A stretch of 14,789 nt of DNA from Chthonomonadales bacterium (GCA_038217285.1 JBBQPO010000156.1:1-14789), one strand, 5' to 3'; positions 1 through 8,177 are shown, numbered from the stretch's first letter. Made by a program: numbers and translations. Notes: a model not told the origin generated them from the sequence alone.

Positions 1-90
1 GCAGGTCAGGTAGCGTACATAATTGCCCTGCTTTTCTACCAAACCGTAGCCCGTCGTAGCCGTACCGGGATCGATGCCCAGAATTACCAT
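1..90 (-). CDS. ruvC: Crossover junction endodeoxyribonuclease RuvC, N-terminal 30 codons (continues beyond window start)
   Basis: Manual translation from the ATG at 90..88 gives MVILGIDPGTATTGYGLVEKQGNYVRYLTC. ILGIDPG...TGYG is the hallmark RuvC N-terminus. Not in the ORF track. Confidence 0.92.
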   Translation of the reverse strand, partial: MVILGIDPGTATTGYGLVEKQGNYVRYLTC

Positions 91-335
91 AATCTTACCC
101 TTCTGCAGCCGAGACTCTCTCCTATTCGCGCTGGACGGCTCAAAACCCTCCTCCGTTCACATAGCCGCGAACGGCAATTAATAACGGACCCTTAATATTT
201 TTTGGAATGGAGGAGGAAATTGGCATAGGGGCCGCGAATCTCTCCTCCAGGTTTCGTTCGACCGCAAAACCAATCGCTTGCGCCCGCCACGAACCTTTTT
301 TCGCGCAAGTCACACATTTCCAGGGAGTTTAATCA

Positions 336-1478
336 ATGATGAAACGTCTTCCCCTGTTCGGAGGACTGGCGGCACTTGCTCTCACGGTCGCGCTCACGGG
401 CTGCGACCCCGACAAGGGCAATACCAGCGCCACAGGTCCGAACACAAACACCGAAAATGGTAAGGCCGCGCCGGCTAACCCGGTGAGTAACACCGCGTCT
501 GCGGCGTTTGACAAGCCGCGTAAAGCCTCCGGACCGATCGTGATCAAGATCATTACCAACGGCAGCGACCCCTTCTGGGACTCGATGGGCATCGGCCTCC
601 AGGACGGCATCAAAGCCGTTCAGGCCGATCCGAGCAGCAACTGGCTCCCGCCGCAGGGCACCGATAACAACAGCCAGAAGACCGTCTTCGAACAGCAGCT
701 CGCGGCCAACGCCGACGGAATCGGGGTTTCCCCCATTCAGGCCGACGCCTTCAAGCCAGTTATCGATGCGGCGATCGACAAAGGCATTCCGGTCATCACC
801 TTCGACAGCGACTCGCCCGACAGCAAACGACTCGCCTACATCGGAACGAATAACTTCGAGGCAGGCAAAGTCGCTGGCGCCGAGGCGGTCAAACTGTTCC
901 CGAACGGTGGCAACTTCGTGGCCTTCGTTGGCAATATGAGCGCTGACAACGCCAAACAGCGTTATCAGGGATTCCTGGAGGCGACCAAGGATCATAAGAT
1001 CACGATGCTGCAGGATCCTTTCGAGGACGATAAAGATCAGGTCGGACGGGCGCACCGCAATGTCGCGGACGCCATCACGAAGTACGGCGATAAGATCAAC
1101 GGATTCCTGGGTCTCTACGCCTACAATGGCCCTGCCATCGTAGACGAGGTGCAGAAGGCCGGTATTCGCAACAAGGTGAAGATCGTCTGCTTCGACGGCG
1201 TGCAGCGTACCCTCGACAACCTGAGCAAGGGCCTCGTCGATGTCACCGTGGTGCAGAAGCCTTACGAGTTCGGGCGTGTCTCCGCCCTGCTGCTCAACGG
1301 CATCAACCGCGTGGGCTTCGCCACTGCCATGAAAGACCTTCAGCCTCAACTGGAAAAAGAGGGCATGAAGGTAGACATGGACAAACATATCATCGATACC
1401 GGCGTCTCTGTCGTGACTCCAAAGAACGCCGTAGAGTTTATAAAGGCCCTCCATGCCAAAGGTCTCAAATCCACCTGA
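336..1478 (+). CDS. Sugar ABC transporter substrate-binding lipoprotein (RbsB-like, periplasmic binding protein type 1)
   Basis: Signal peptide with lipobox LTGC; motifs DPFWDSM, ADGIGVSP, GIPVITFDSD, YIGTNNFEAG, VCFDG, VVQKPYEFG; GGGAG RBS upstream. Confidence 0.92.
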   Translation: MMKRLPLFGGLAALALTVALTGCDPDKGNTSATGPNTNTENGKAAPANPVSNTASAAFDKPRKASGPIVIKIITNGSDPFWDSMGIGLQDGIKAVQADPSSNWLPPQGTDNNSQKTVFEQQLAANADGIGVSPIQADAFKPVIDAAIDKGIPVITFDSDSPDSKRLAYIGTNNFEAGKVAGAEAVKLFPNGGNFVAFVGNMSADNAKQRYQGFLEATKDHKITMLQDPFEDDKDQVGRAHRNVADAITKYGDKINGFLGLYAYNGPAIVDEVQKAGIRNKVKIVCFDGVQRTLDNLSKGLVDVTVVQKPYEFGRVSALLLNGINRVGFATAMKDLQPQLEKEGMKVDMDKHIIDTGVSVVTPKNAVEFIKALHAKGLKST

Positions 1479-2508
1479 TCCGATCCCGGTCAGCGGGGGC
1501 GCCCGGTCGCGGAAATCTTTCGCGGCCCAACTTCTGGCCTCTCGTGAAACGAGCGTGCTGGCGGTACTGCTCCTGCTGATCTTAGGGATGTCGTTCACCT
1601 CGGTCAGAAGCCAGTTCTTCGGGCCATCCAATCTGCAACAGATGGCGTTCCAGGTAGCGCTGCTGTCCATTTTCGCGATCGGCGAGACCATCGTCATCAT
1701 CTCGGGCGGCATCGACCTGTCGCTCGGCTCCCTGATCGCGTTCAGCGGGATGATGCTGGCGTTCCTGGTCAACCGCCTCGACTCGCGGATGTTTACCAGT
1801 GGAGCCGTGGTACTGGCGATCACCATGACCTTGCTGGCCTCGTGGCTCATCGGCGCGGCACATACGATCCTGATTCAACGGGTCAAGCTGCCGGCCTTCG
1901 TCGTGACGCTGACGTCGCTGCTGGTGCTGCGAAGCCAGTCGTTGGTGATGAACCATCATCAGCAGATACCGGTGGACCAGGATCATTTCCCAGTCTTCAA
2001 CTGGCTCACGAACGGCAAGCTATTCGCGTCTACGACCCATGCTATTCCGATTCCGGTAATCATCATGATCGTGATCGCGATAGCGGCGCATCTCGTACTC
2101 TCGAAGACGCGCATGGGCCGCTACCTCTACAGCGTCGGCAGCAACGAACAGGCGACCATGCTCTCCGGCGTGAACGTCTTCAAAGTGAAGCTGTTCGCCT
2201 ACGGGACCAGCGCCCTTCTGGGCGGTATCGCCGGCCTGCTCTACATGGGCTACGGCGGCCAGGGCGATCCTTCCGCCGGAAACAGTTACGAACTGGACGC
2301 GGTGGCGGCGGCGGTCGTCGGAGGTGCAAGCCTTTCCGGTGGTCAGGGCAGTGTCCTCGGCACCGTCTTCGGAGCCTGCCTGCTGAACGCCATTCTCAGC
2401 GTGATTCTGCTGACGCTCAGCCAGCCGGACATCTGGCGCGGCACGATCGTCGGCGGCGTCCTCCTGCTCGCCGTTCTGGCGACCGCGTTCCAGCAGCGCA
2501 AGCGCTGA
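1453..2508 (+). CDS. Sugar ABC transporter permease (RbsC-like)
   Basis: Multiple hydrophobic helices; motifs IISGGIDLSLGS, TRMGRYLYSVGSNEQATMLSGVNV, YELDAVAAAVVGGASLSGGQGSVLGT. Overlaps the binding-protein gene by 26 bp; exact start uncertain. Confidence 0.92.
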   Translation: MPKVSNPPDPIPVSGGARSRKSFAAQLLASRETSVLAVLLLLILGMSFTSVRSQFFGPSNLQQMAFQVALLSIFAIGETIVIISGGIDLSLGSLIAFSGMMLAFLVNRLDSRMFTSGAVVLAITMTLLASWLIGAAHTILIQRVKLPAFVVTLTSLLVLRSQSLVMNHHQQIPVDQDHFPVFNWLTNGKLFASTTHAIPIPVIIMIVIAIAAHLVLSKTRMGRYLYSVGSNEQATMLSGVNVFKVKLFAYGTSALLGGIAGLLYMGYGGQGDPSAGNSYELDAVAAAVVGGASLSGGQGSVLGTVFGACLLNAILSVILLTLSQPDIWRGTIVGGVLLLAVLATAFQQRKR

Positions 2509-2546
2509 AGACCGCGGTCCTGCAGAGCACACACTGGCAGAATCTC

Positions 2547-3080
2547 TTACCGACCTTCGCGTTCCGGCAACAGAACGCGAAGGTCGGGCCAGCCATACGC
2601 CATCTCCGTGATCTCCACGCCGTCCACGATGAAAACTCCCTCCCGCAGATACTTCGCGCCAAGCCGTTCGTAGAAACCGCGCGCCGGATTGTCGCGCAGC
2701 ACTCCCACCAACATGTTCTCGTATCCCCGTTCGGCAAGCCCTTCGGCCACCGCCTGCACCAACTGCCGCCCGATCCCCTGCCGATGCGCCTTGCGCAGCA
2801 GGTAGAGCGTGTAGAGCTCCCCCTGATAGGCGGTATCACTGGAACGGTTTGGGCCACCGGCCGCGTACCCGATGATGCTCCCGTCCTGCTCGGCTACGAC
2901 GGTGTAAAAATCGACATTCGGATCGTTCAGAAAGGCCTCGGTCCATTGAATCCGCTCGGCCAAATCGATACCGTCCAGATGACTGTCGGGCACGATCCCG
3001 CGATAAGTCTCGTTCCAACTCACGATCCCGACAGAAGCAATTTCGCTCGCATCCGCCACGGTCGCTTTTCTGATCGACAT
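2547..3080 (-). CDS. GNAT family N-acetyltransferase
   Basis: Start reassigned to the ATG at 3080 (MSIRKATVADA, preceded by AAGGAGG). Acetyl-CoA-binding motif LYLLRKAHRQGIGRQL and NPARGFYERLG. Confidence 0.9.
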   Translation of the reverse strand: MSIRKATVADASEIASVGIVSWNETYRGIVPDSHLDGIDLAERIQWTEAFLNDPNVDFYTVVAEQDGSIIGYAAGGPNRSSDTAYQGELYTLYLLRKAHRQGIGRQLVQAVAEGLAERGYENMLVGVLRDNPARGFYERLGAKYLREGVFIVDGVEITEMAYGWPDLRVLLPEREGR

Positions 3081-3106
3081 GTTGCCCTCCTTTAGGCGCG
3101 GCATTG

Positions 3107-3115
3107 TGGTACAAT
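3107..3115 (+). promoter_or_regulatory. Candidate extended -10 promoter (TGgTACAAT) for the arginine-catabolism operon
   Basis: TG-n-TACAAT in an AT-rich patch of the divergent intergenic region, within the palindrome ATTGT-GGT-ACAAT (3103-3115). Sequence resemblance only. Confidence 0.4.
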
Positions 3116-3167
3116 AAACTTGTGCAAAAGAGAGACGCGCCCACCGTGTGCGGCGCGGCCATCGTAT

Positions 3168-3279
3168 CATAAGGAGTGCGCCCTGCTCTTCTTCGCGATG
3201 GCCCATTGCCACCCTCCGAACACCCGATTTCCCGATTGGATCAGCAGGCCGTCACTCCTTATGGAATCTATTCAAGGAG
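3168..3279 (+). promoter_or_regulatory. Structured 5' leader with alternative SD/anti-SD pairings
   Basis: CATAAGGAGTG-CGCCCTGCT (3168-3187) pairs with AGCAGGCCGTCACTCCTTATG (3243-3263) with one bulge and one mismatch. CTCCTT (3255-3260) can alternatively pair with the RBS AAGGAG (3274-3279). Confidence 0.5.
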
Positions 3280-3285
3280 AGACAG

Positions 3286-4512
3286 ATGCCCTCGGAAACA
3301 GTTACCCTCGATGGTCATATCATCGACTCGCTTACACTTTCGAAAGTTCTCGATCTAATTCTGCGCGATGGTGGGCAGTATACGATCGCGAAGTTTCACA
3401 TCGGCGCGACTCGCGAAGACCAGAGCCATGCCGAAATCGTGGTGACGGCCCCGGATATGACAACTCTGGAGCATATTCTGCATCTTATCGGGCAGCACGG
3501 CGCGGCCCGGCAGGGTGGCGAACTCACCACACTGCTGGCTCCTGCCAACGGCGTCTTCCCCGATGGTTTCTACGCTACCACCAATCTCGATACGTCGGTT
3601 CGGCAAGGCACAAAATGGAGCGACGTGCCGGCCATCGAGATGGACTGCGGTCTCGTGGTGGAAGAGACGTCGGGCGAGGCGTCGGTGCGGTGCGTGCCGA
3701 TGCACCGGGTCCGCCTGGGAGAACGGGTCGTGGTCGGCGACGCGGGAATACGTGTGCGGCCTCTGGAGCGCGCCGATGCCTCCGACGCCTTCACTTTCAT
3801 GGGCAGTGACGTCTCGACGGAGCGTCCGAAAGAGGTGATCATCGCAGCCATTGCGCGGGCCATGCGCGAGGCACGCGCGCATGGCCGCAAAATCCTGTTT
3901 GTCGGCGGGCCTGCTATACTCCATACGGGCGCGGGCAGGCATCTCGAATCGATGATCGCAGCCGGTTGGATTGACATCCTGTTCGCCGGGAACGCCCTGG
4001 CAACGCACGACATCGAGCGCGCCCTATACGGCACCTCCCTGGGCGTCGAATTAACAACGGGCACGGCGGTGGCGCACGGGCATGAGCACCACCTCCGCGC
4101 CATCAACACGATCCGCAAGTCCGGCAGCATCCGGCTGGCCGTCGAGAGCGGCGTGCTGCGCTCCGGAATTATGCACGCCTGTATCGTTCATGGAATCGAC
4201 TTCGTGCTGGCGGGCAGCATACGCGACGATGGGCCGTTGCCCGACGTGATCACGGACAGCGTGCGCGCCCAGGACGCCATGCGCGAGGGCGTTCGCGGCG
4301 TTGCGGTGGCGCTCATGGTGGCCACGACGCTGCACTCTGTGGCGACTGGCAATCTGCTTCCCGCCTCCGTCCGCACGATCTGCGTCGATTCGGACGCCGA
4401 TTCCGTCATCAAACTCATGGATCGCGGGTCGCACCAGGCCTTCGGCCTCGTCACCGACTGCGAATATTTTCTAAAAGAGCTCTCTTCACAACTAACAGGA
4501 GCAGGAGCCTGA
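3286..4512 (+). CDS. TIGR00300-family protein (LOR/SDH-like domain plus ornithine cyclodeaminase-like domain; homolog of the C-terminal part of ArgZ/AgrE)
   Basis: Start reassigned to the ATG at 3286 after AAGGAG. Motifs LDGHIIDS, GVFPDGFYATTN, EMDC, FMGSDVSTERP, GGPAILHTG, GNALATHDIE, FVLAGSIRDDGPLPDV, LHSVATGNLLP, KLMDRGS. Confidence 0.88.
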   Translation: MPSETVTLDGHIIDSLTLSKVLDLILRDGGQYTIAKFHIGATREDQSHAEIVVTAPDMTTLEHILHLIGQHGAARQGGELTTLLAPANGVFPDGFYATTNLDTSVRQGTKWSDVPAIEMDCGLVVEETSGEASVRCVPMHRVRLGERVVVGDAGIRVRPLERADASDAFTFMGSDVSTERPKEVIIAAIARAMREARAHGRKILFVGGPAILHTGAGRHLESMIAAGWIDILFAGNALATHDIERALYGTSLGVELTTGTAVAHGHEHHLRAINTIRKSGSIRLAVESGVLRSGIMHACIVHGIDFVLAGSIRDDGPLPDVITDSVRAQDAMREGVRGVAVALMVATTLHSVATGNLLPASVRTICVDSDADSVIKLMDRGSHQAFGLVTDCEYFLKELSSQLTGAGA

Positions 4513-5435
4513 TGATGCACAGATCATTACCCAACTCTTCGGACATTGTCTCGGCGAGTAGACGACTCGACCGTCTTTCTGAGACTGGAGAAGCTGCTGC
4601 GAACAAGGTAACCGGCAGCCCCACTACGCGCCTTCTCATGTGCGCGCCGACCGCTTATGGGCTGAAGTACGAGATCAACCCCTGGATGTCGCTTCAGCAT
4701 CCGCCCGATGTGGAGCTTGCCGCGCGCCAGTGGCACACCCTTTACCATGTGCTGACCGACGACATCGGCGCGACGGTCGCGTTGGTTCCGCAGGCCGCGA
4801 ACGCCCCCGACATGGTGTTCACCGCAAACGCAGGGCTCGTGCGAGGCGAGCGTTGCCTGCTGTCGCGATTCCGTCATCCACAAAGACAGGTGGAAGAGCC
4901 CTTTTTCGCGGCCTGGTTTGAAGAGAACGGCTTCGAACTGGTGCGTATGCCCGATGACATCGCCTTCGAAGGGGAGGGAGACGCGCTGTTCGCCGGAGAT
5001 ACACTGCTCGCAGGCTACCTGAAACGCAGCGACATTCGCGCCCATCGCGTGCTCGCTGAGACATTCGATGTGCCGGTGCTCTCGCTGGAGCTTGTCGACG
5101 ACCGGTGGTATCATCTCGACACCTGCCTGTTCCCGCTCGATGCCGAAACCGTCGTCTACTATCCCGGCGCGTTCGATTCCTATGCACGAACCGTACTGCA
5201 GGAGAACTTCAAGACGATCAAGGTCGGCACGGCGGAGGCGCTCCGATTCGCCTGCAACGCGGTTCGCGTCGGAACTCATATCGTGCTGCCATCGGGTTGT
5301 CCCGACCTTACCCAGACGCTCGCGGAGCGTGGTTACACCGTGCATGCCGTGGAGCTTTCGGAGTTTCTGAAAGCGGGCGGGGCGGCGAAATGCCTGATCC
5401 TCTCTCTGCGAACGGCTACTCTCGCCGGATCGTGA
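4512..5435 (+). CDS. Amidinotransferase / guanidino-modifying family enzyme, arginine dihydrolase-like (homolog of the ArgZ/AgrE N-terminal domain)
   Basis: Motifs YEINPWM, DMVFTANAG, FEGEGD, YHLDT and C-terminal EFLKAGGAAKCL supply a Glu-His-Cys catalytic set. TGATG stop/start overlap with the upstream gene. Confidence 0.88.
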   Translation: MMHRSLPNSSDIVSASRRLDRLSETGEAAANKVTGSPTTRLLMCAPTAYGLKYEINPWMSLQHPPDVELAARQWHTLYHVLTDDIGATVALVPQAANAPDMVFTANAGLVRGERCLLSRFRHPQRQVEEPFFAAWFEENGFELVRMPDDIAFEGEGDALFAGDTLLAGYLKRSDIRAHRVLAETFDVPVLSLELVDDRWYHLDTCLFPLDAETVVYYPGAFDSYARTVLQENFKTIKVGTAEALRFACNAVRVGTHIVLPSGCPDLTQTLAERGYTVHAVELSEFLKAGGAAKCLILSLRTATLAGS

Positions 5436-6426
5436 GGCCGGGCTGAGGCTTCGGGGTCAGCAGGCGCTCCGCTCCAGCGGCGAGCAGGGCGGTCCCGATG
5501 CGTTCCGGCGCATCGGTCAGGACGAGAATCGTCCCTCCACCGCCCGCGCCTGCCAGTTTTGCTCCCCACGCGCCTGCGGCGCGCGCGGTCTCGATGAGGT
5601 GTTCGTTCGCCGGGCCGGAGCCTCCGAGTTCCGCCACGAGCTTGTGGTTCTCGTTCATCAAGAGGCCCAGGCGGCTCCAGTCACGGTCGAGCAGGCGGCG
5701 TTTGCCCTGAATCGCCAGTTCGGCGATGCGGGCATAGTTCTGCCGGACGAGGGGCTCTCCGGCCAGCCAGCGCTCCCGAGGCGAGCTGTGAACGGTTCCG
5801 GAATGATGCTGGATACCGGTGTGGGCGAGAAGCAGGGGCAGATCGGGAACGAGCGCAGCCAGCGGCTCGATGGTCGCGAGCGGCTCGTCGTCGCGCTGCT
5901 CCAGCATCTCTTTCCCGGCGTAGTTCATGAAGTTCAGCCCACCGAACACCGCCATGTGCTGATCCTGCAGGCCGCAGAAGACCCCCATGACCCGCGCCTC
6001 GACCTTGCGGGTGGTCTCCGCCAACAGGTACGGCGTCGGTGCGAGCCCCTTGTGGGCATAGAGCGCGCCGACGAGCGTCGCGAGCAGGGCGGTCGAACCT
6101 GCCAGTCCGGCCCGCATCGGAATGTCGGTCTGGAGTTCGAGCGAGAAGCGTGCGGAGGCGGGATCGATCTCAAAGAAGGTAAGGGCGGCGCGCGCTATAT
6201 CGAGCTTGTCGCCGCGCAGAATCAGGTCGTCTCGCGTGTGGAGGACGGCGTTCTCGTCGTCGTTGAAGAGGGCGAGCGGTTCGTCGGTATCGGTCAGGCG
6301 GCACTGCGCACGCTCCTGCACCGTACAGGAGAGCACACTCCCCCCATACATGTCCGACGGATTCCCGACGATGCCGCACCGCCCCGGCGCACTGACTACA
6401 AGGACACCCACTGTTCGCCTCCCCAC
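5416..6426 (-). CDS. GHMP-family sugar kinase (galactokinase/glucuronokinase/heptose-phosphate kinase-like)
   Basis: SAPGRCGIVGNPSDMYGG, IPMRAGLAGS ATP-binding loop, CGLQDQH, GAKLAGAGGGG. The 3' end overlaps the convergent amidinotransferase gene by 20 bp. Start codon uncertain. Confidence 0.88.
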   Translation of the reverse strand: MGRRTVGVLVVSAPGRCGIVGNPSDMYGGSVLSCTVQERAQCRLTDTDEPLALFNDDENAVLHTRDDLILRGDKLDIARAALTFFEIDPASARFSLELQTDIPMRAGLAGSTALLATLVGALYAHKGLAPTPYLLAETTRKVEARVMGVFCGLQDQHMAVFGGLNFMNYAGKEMLEQRDDEPLATIEPLAALVPDLPLLLAHTGIQHHSGTVHSSPRERWLAGEPLVRQNYARIAELAIQGKRRLLDRDWSRLGLLMNENHKLVAELGGSGPANEHLIETARAAGAWGAKLAGAGGGGTILVLTDAPERIGTALLAAGAERLLTPKPQPGLTIRRE

Positions 6427-6491
6427 CTTCGTTTCGTGCGGTCAGAATTGAACAGCACCGCCGCTAAATCCTGCCTCGCTTGGGCGGGGTA

Positions 6492-6520
6492 TGGACAGCG
6501 CGCCGCCGAACCTGTATAAT
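6492..6520 (+). promoter_or_regulatory. Sigma70-type promoter TGGACA-N17-TATAAT
   Basis: TGGACA at 6492-6497, 17-bp spacer, perfect TATAAT at 6515-6520, upstream of the isomerase gene. Confidence 0.7.
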
Positions 6521-6566
6521 GGCGGGACCGACCGATCTCATGGCGGGCACGATAAGGAGCGGAACA

Positions 6567-7391
6567 TTGCGACTCGGAGGGCCGATATTCGGCGATAGTT
6601 CTACACCGGAGTTGTGGGTAGCGGCCGTTCAGGCCCTCGGCTACCGCGCAGCGTACTGCCCGGTCGATGCACGGGCGGACGACTCCAGGGTGCATGCCTA
6701 CGCCGATGCGGCGCGGCAGGCCGACATCGTCATCGCGGAGGTGGGCGCGTGGAGCAATCCCATCAGTCCAAACGAACAGACGCGGCGGGAGGCGATCTCC
6801 CTCTGCCAGAGACAGCTCGACCTCGCGGACAGGATCGGAGCACGCTGCTGCGTCAACATCGCTGGCTCCCGTGGCGAGCAGTGGGACGGCCCCTACCCCG
6901 ACAACCTTACGGCGGAGACCTTCGATCTTATCGTAGAGACAGTGCGTGAAATCATCGACGCGGTGCAGCCCACACGCACCTTCTACACGCTGGAGACGAT
7001 GCCGTGGGCCTTTCCCGATGGACCCGATAGCTATCTCGACCTTTTGAAGGCGATCGACCGTCCCGCATTTGCCGTTCATCTCGACCCTGTCAACCTGATC
7101 TCCAGCCCGCAGCGATTTTTCAACAACAGGGCGTTTCTGCGCGACTGTTTTGCCAAGCTCGGTCCCTGGATCAAGTCCTGTCATGCCAAGGACATCGCCC
7201 TCGCGCCGCGCATGGTGACCCAGTTGGAAGAAGTCCGGCCTGGTCTCGGCAGCCTCGACTACACGGCGTTTCTCATGGAGATCCGTACGCTGGACCCGGA
7301 GATCCCCCTGCTCCTCGAGCATCTGCCGAACGCGGACGAATACGTGCTCGCCGCCAGCTATGTCCGGTCCGTCGCCGCGCAAGCGGAATGA
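6567..7391 (+). CDS. Sugar phosphate isomerase/epimerase, xylose-isomerase-like TIM barrel (AP_endonuc_2)
   Basis: Likely TTG start at 6567 (MRLGGPIF) after AAGGAG and downstream of the promoter. Metal-ligand motifs LETMP, HLDPVN, CHAKD, LLEH. Confidence 0.85.
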   Translation: MRLGGPIFGDSSTPELWVAAVQALGYRAAYCPVDARADDSRVHAYADAARQADIVIAEVGAWSNPISPNEQTRREAISLCQRQLDLADRIGARCCVNIAGSRGEQWDGPYPDNLTAETFDLIVETVREIIDAVQPTRTFYTLETMPWAFPDGPDSYLDLLKAIDRPAFAVHLDPVNLISSPQRFFNNRAFLRDCFAKLGPWIKSCHAKDIALAPRMVTQLEEVRPGLGSLDYTAFLMEIRTLDPEIPLLLEHLPNADEYVLAASYVRSVAAQAE

Positions 7392-7495
7392 ACGGCGACG
7401 AGAGGTCGAACGGAGCCGAATGTGAGTATCGCTTCCGTATAATTTAACTTGCAGCGAGTATCGTATGGGGACTGAACGACCCTGGGAGAAAGAAT

Positions 7496-8074
7496 ATGGC
7501 CTGGATCAAGACCGTCAAGCCGGAAGAGGCGGACGAAAAACTTATCAACGCTCTGCAACAGCAGCGGCATCTGTACCCACAGGAGTACGCTGTGCGTGTC
7601 GACGCTGCGACGTCACAGAGTTCCGAGCAGGACGAAAGCATCGTCAGCTCCCACAGCCTGCTGCCCGATACGCTCCTTCACGCCTTCGCTACTTACGGTA
7701 CCCTGCTCTCCCCCGACCTTCCCCTCAGCCGCGCACAGCACGAGATGATTGCCGCGACGGTCTCCGTCGCGAACGCCTGCTTCTATTGAACGGAATCCCA
7801 CGCAGAGTTTCTGCGTCGCGTCTGCCTCGATGAGGAACTGGTCAACGCCATCCGCACGGACTACCGTACGGCTCCGCTTGGTCCCGCTGACCGCGCCATG
7901 CTCGACTACGTATCGAAGCTGACCAAGACTCCCTGGAAGATGACCCGAGGCGATGTCGATAGCCTGCGCGAGCACGGCTTCGACGATACCGCCATCCTCC
8001 AGATCAACCTGATCGCCTCCTGGTTCAACTACATCAATCGTGTCGCGGACGGCCTCGGCATTGGCCGACCCTGA
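7496..8074 (+). CDS. AhpD/carboxymuconolactone decarboxylase-family peroxidase-related enzyme, probable selenoprotein (CxxU; TGA at 7787-7789)
   Basis: The frame continues through TGA: ...[110 protein letters not shown], 192 aa. TGA occupies the second Cys position of the family CxxCxxxH motif. Confidence 0.88.
7800..7816 (+). promoter_or_regulatory. Putative bacterial SECIS hairpin
   Basis: ACGCAG-AGTTT-CTGCGT stem-loop starting 11 nt after the UGA, with a loop G 18 nt after the UGA. Confidence 0.7.
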
Positions 8075-8177
8075 CGGGTCAAGCACGACTTCACTGATGC
8101 TCGAAAAAGAGACAGGGTAACGTAAATTTCACGTCCACTGGGAGAAAGCGCCTGGCCGCATCCCGGAACATCAACGT

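Noticed and set aside
1-90. RuvC-like sequence as TnpB/Cas or transposase nuclease
   Set aside because: The motif is at the extreme N-terminus with the ILGIDPG-x3-TGYG pattern of the housekeeping Holliday junction resolvase.
333-1850. 505-aa minus-strand ORF, and similar long shadow ORFs (1842-3095, 5599-6519, 6396-7382, 10566-11636, 12423-13586, 13767-14738)
   Set aside because: They are antisense or off-frame to genes with clear family motifs and have no recognisable motifs themselves; expected from high-GC codon bias.
3148-3285. N-terminal extensions of the TIGR00300 ORF (from 3148) and the GNAT ORF (to 3212)
   Set aside because: They would overlap each other. Strong RBS-ATG pairs at 3286 and 3080 coincide with the start of family-like sequence.
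3176-3358. 60-aa ORF as a possible arginine-sensing leader peptide
   Set aside because: The GTG overlaps the AAGGAG with no spacing, there is no compact Arg-codon run, and it extends into the downstream gene. Not supportable without ribosome profiling.
7424-7463. GAGTATCG direct repeat flanking a TATAAT (7438-7443)
   Set aside because: Only two 8-bp copies and no clear -35. It may be a promoter for the AhpD-like gene but is too weak to call.
7496-7789. Pseudogene or stand-alone 97-aa protein interpretation
   Set aside because: The stop is TGA exactly at a catalytic Cys position, the downstream frame is intact and a SECIS-like hairpin follows. Sec recoding explains this better.
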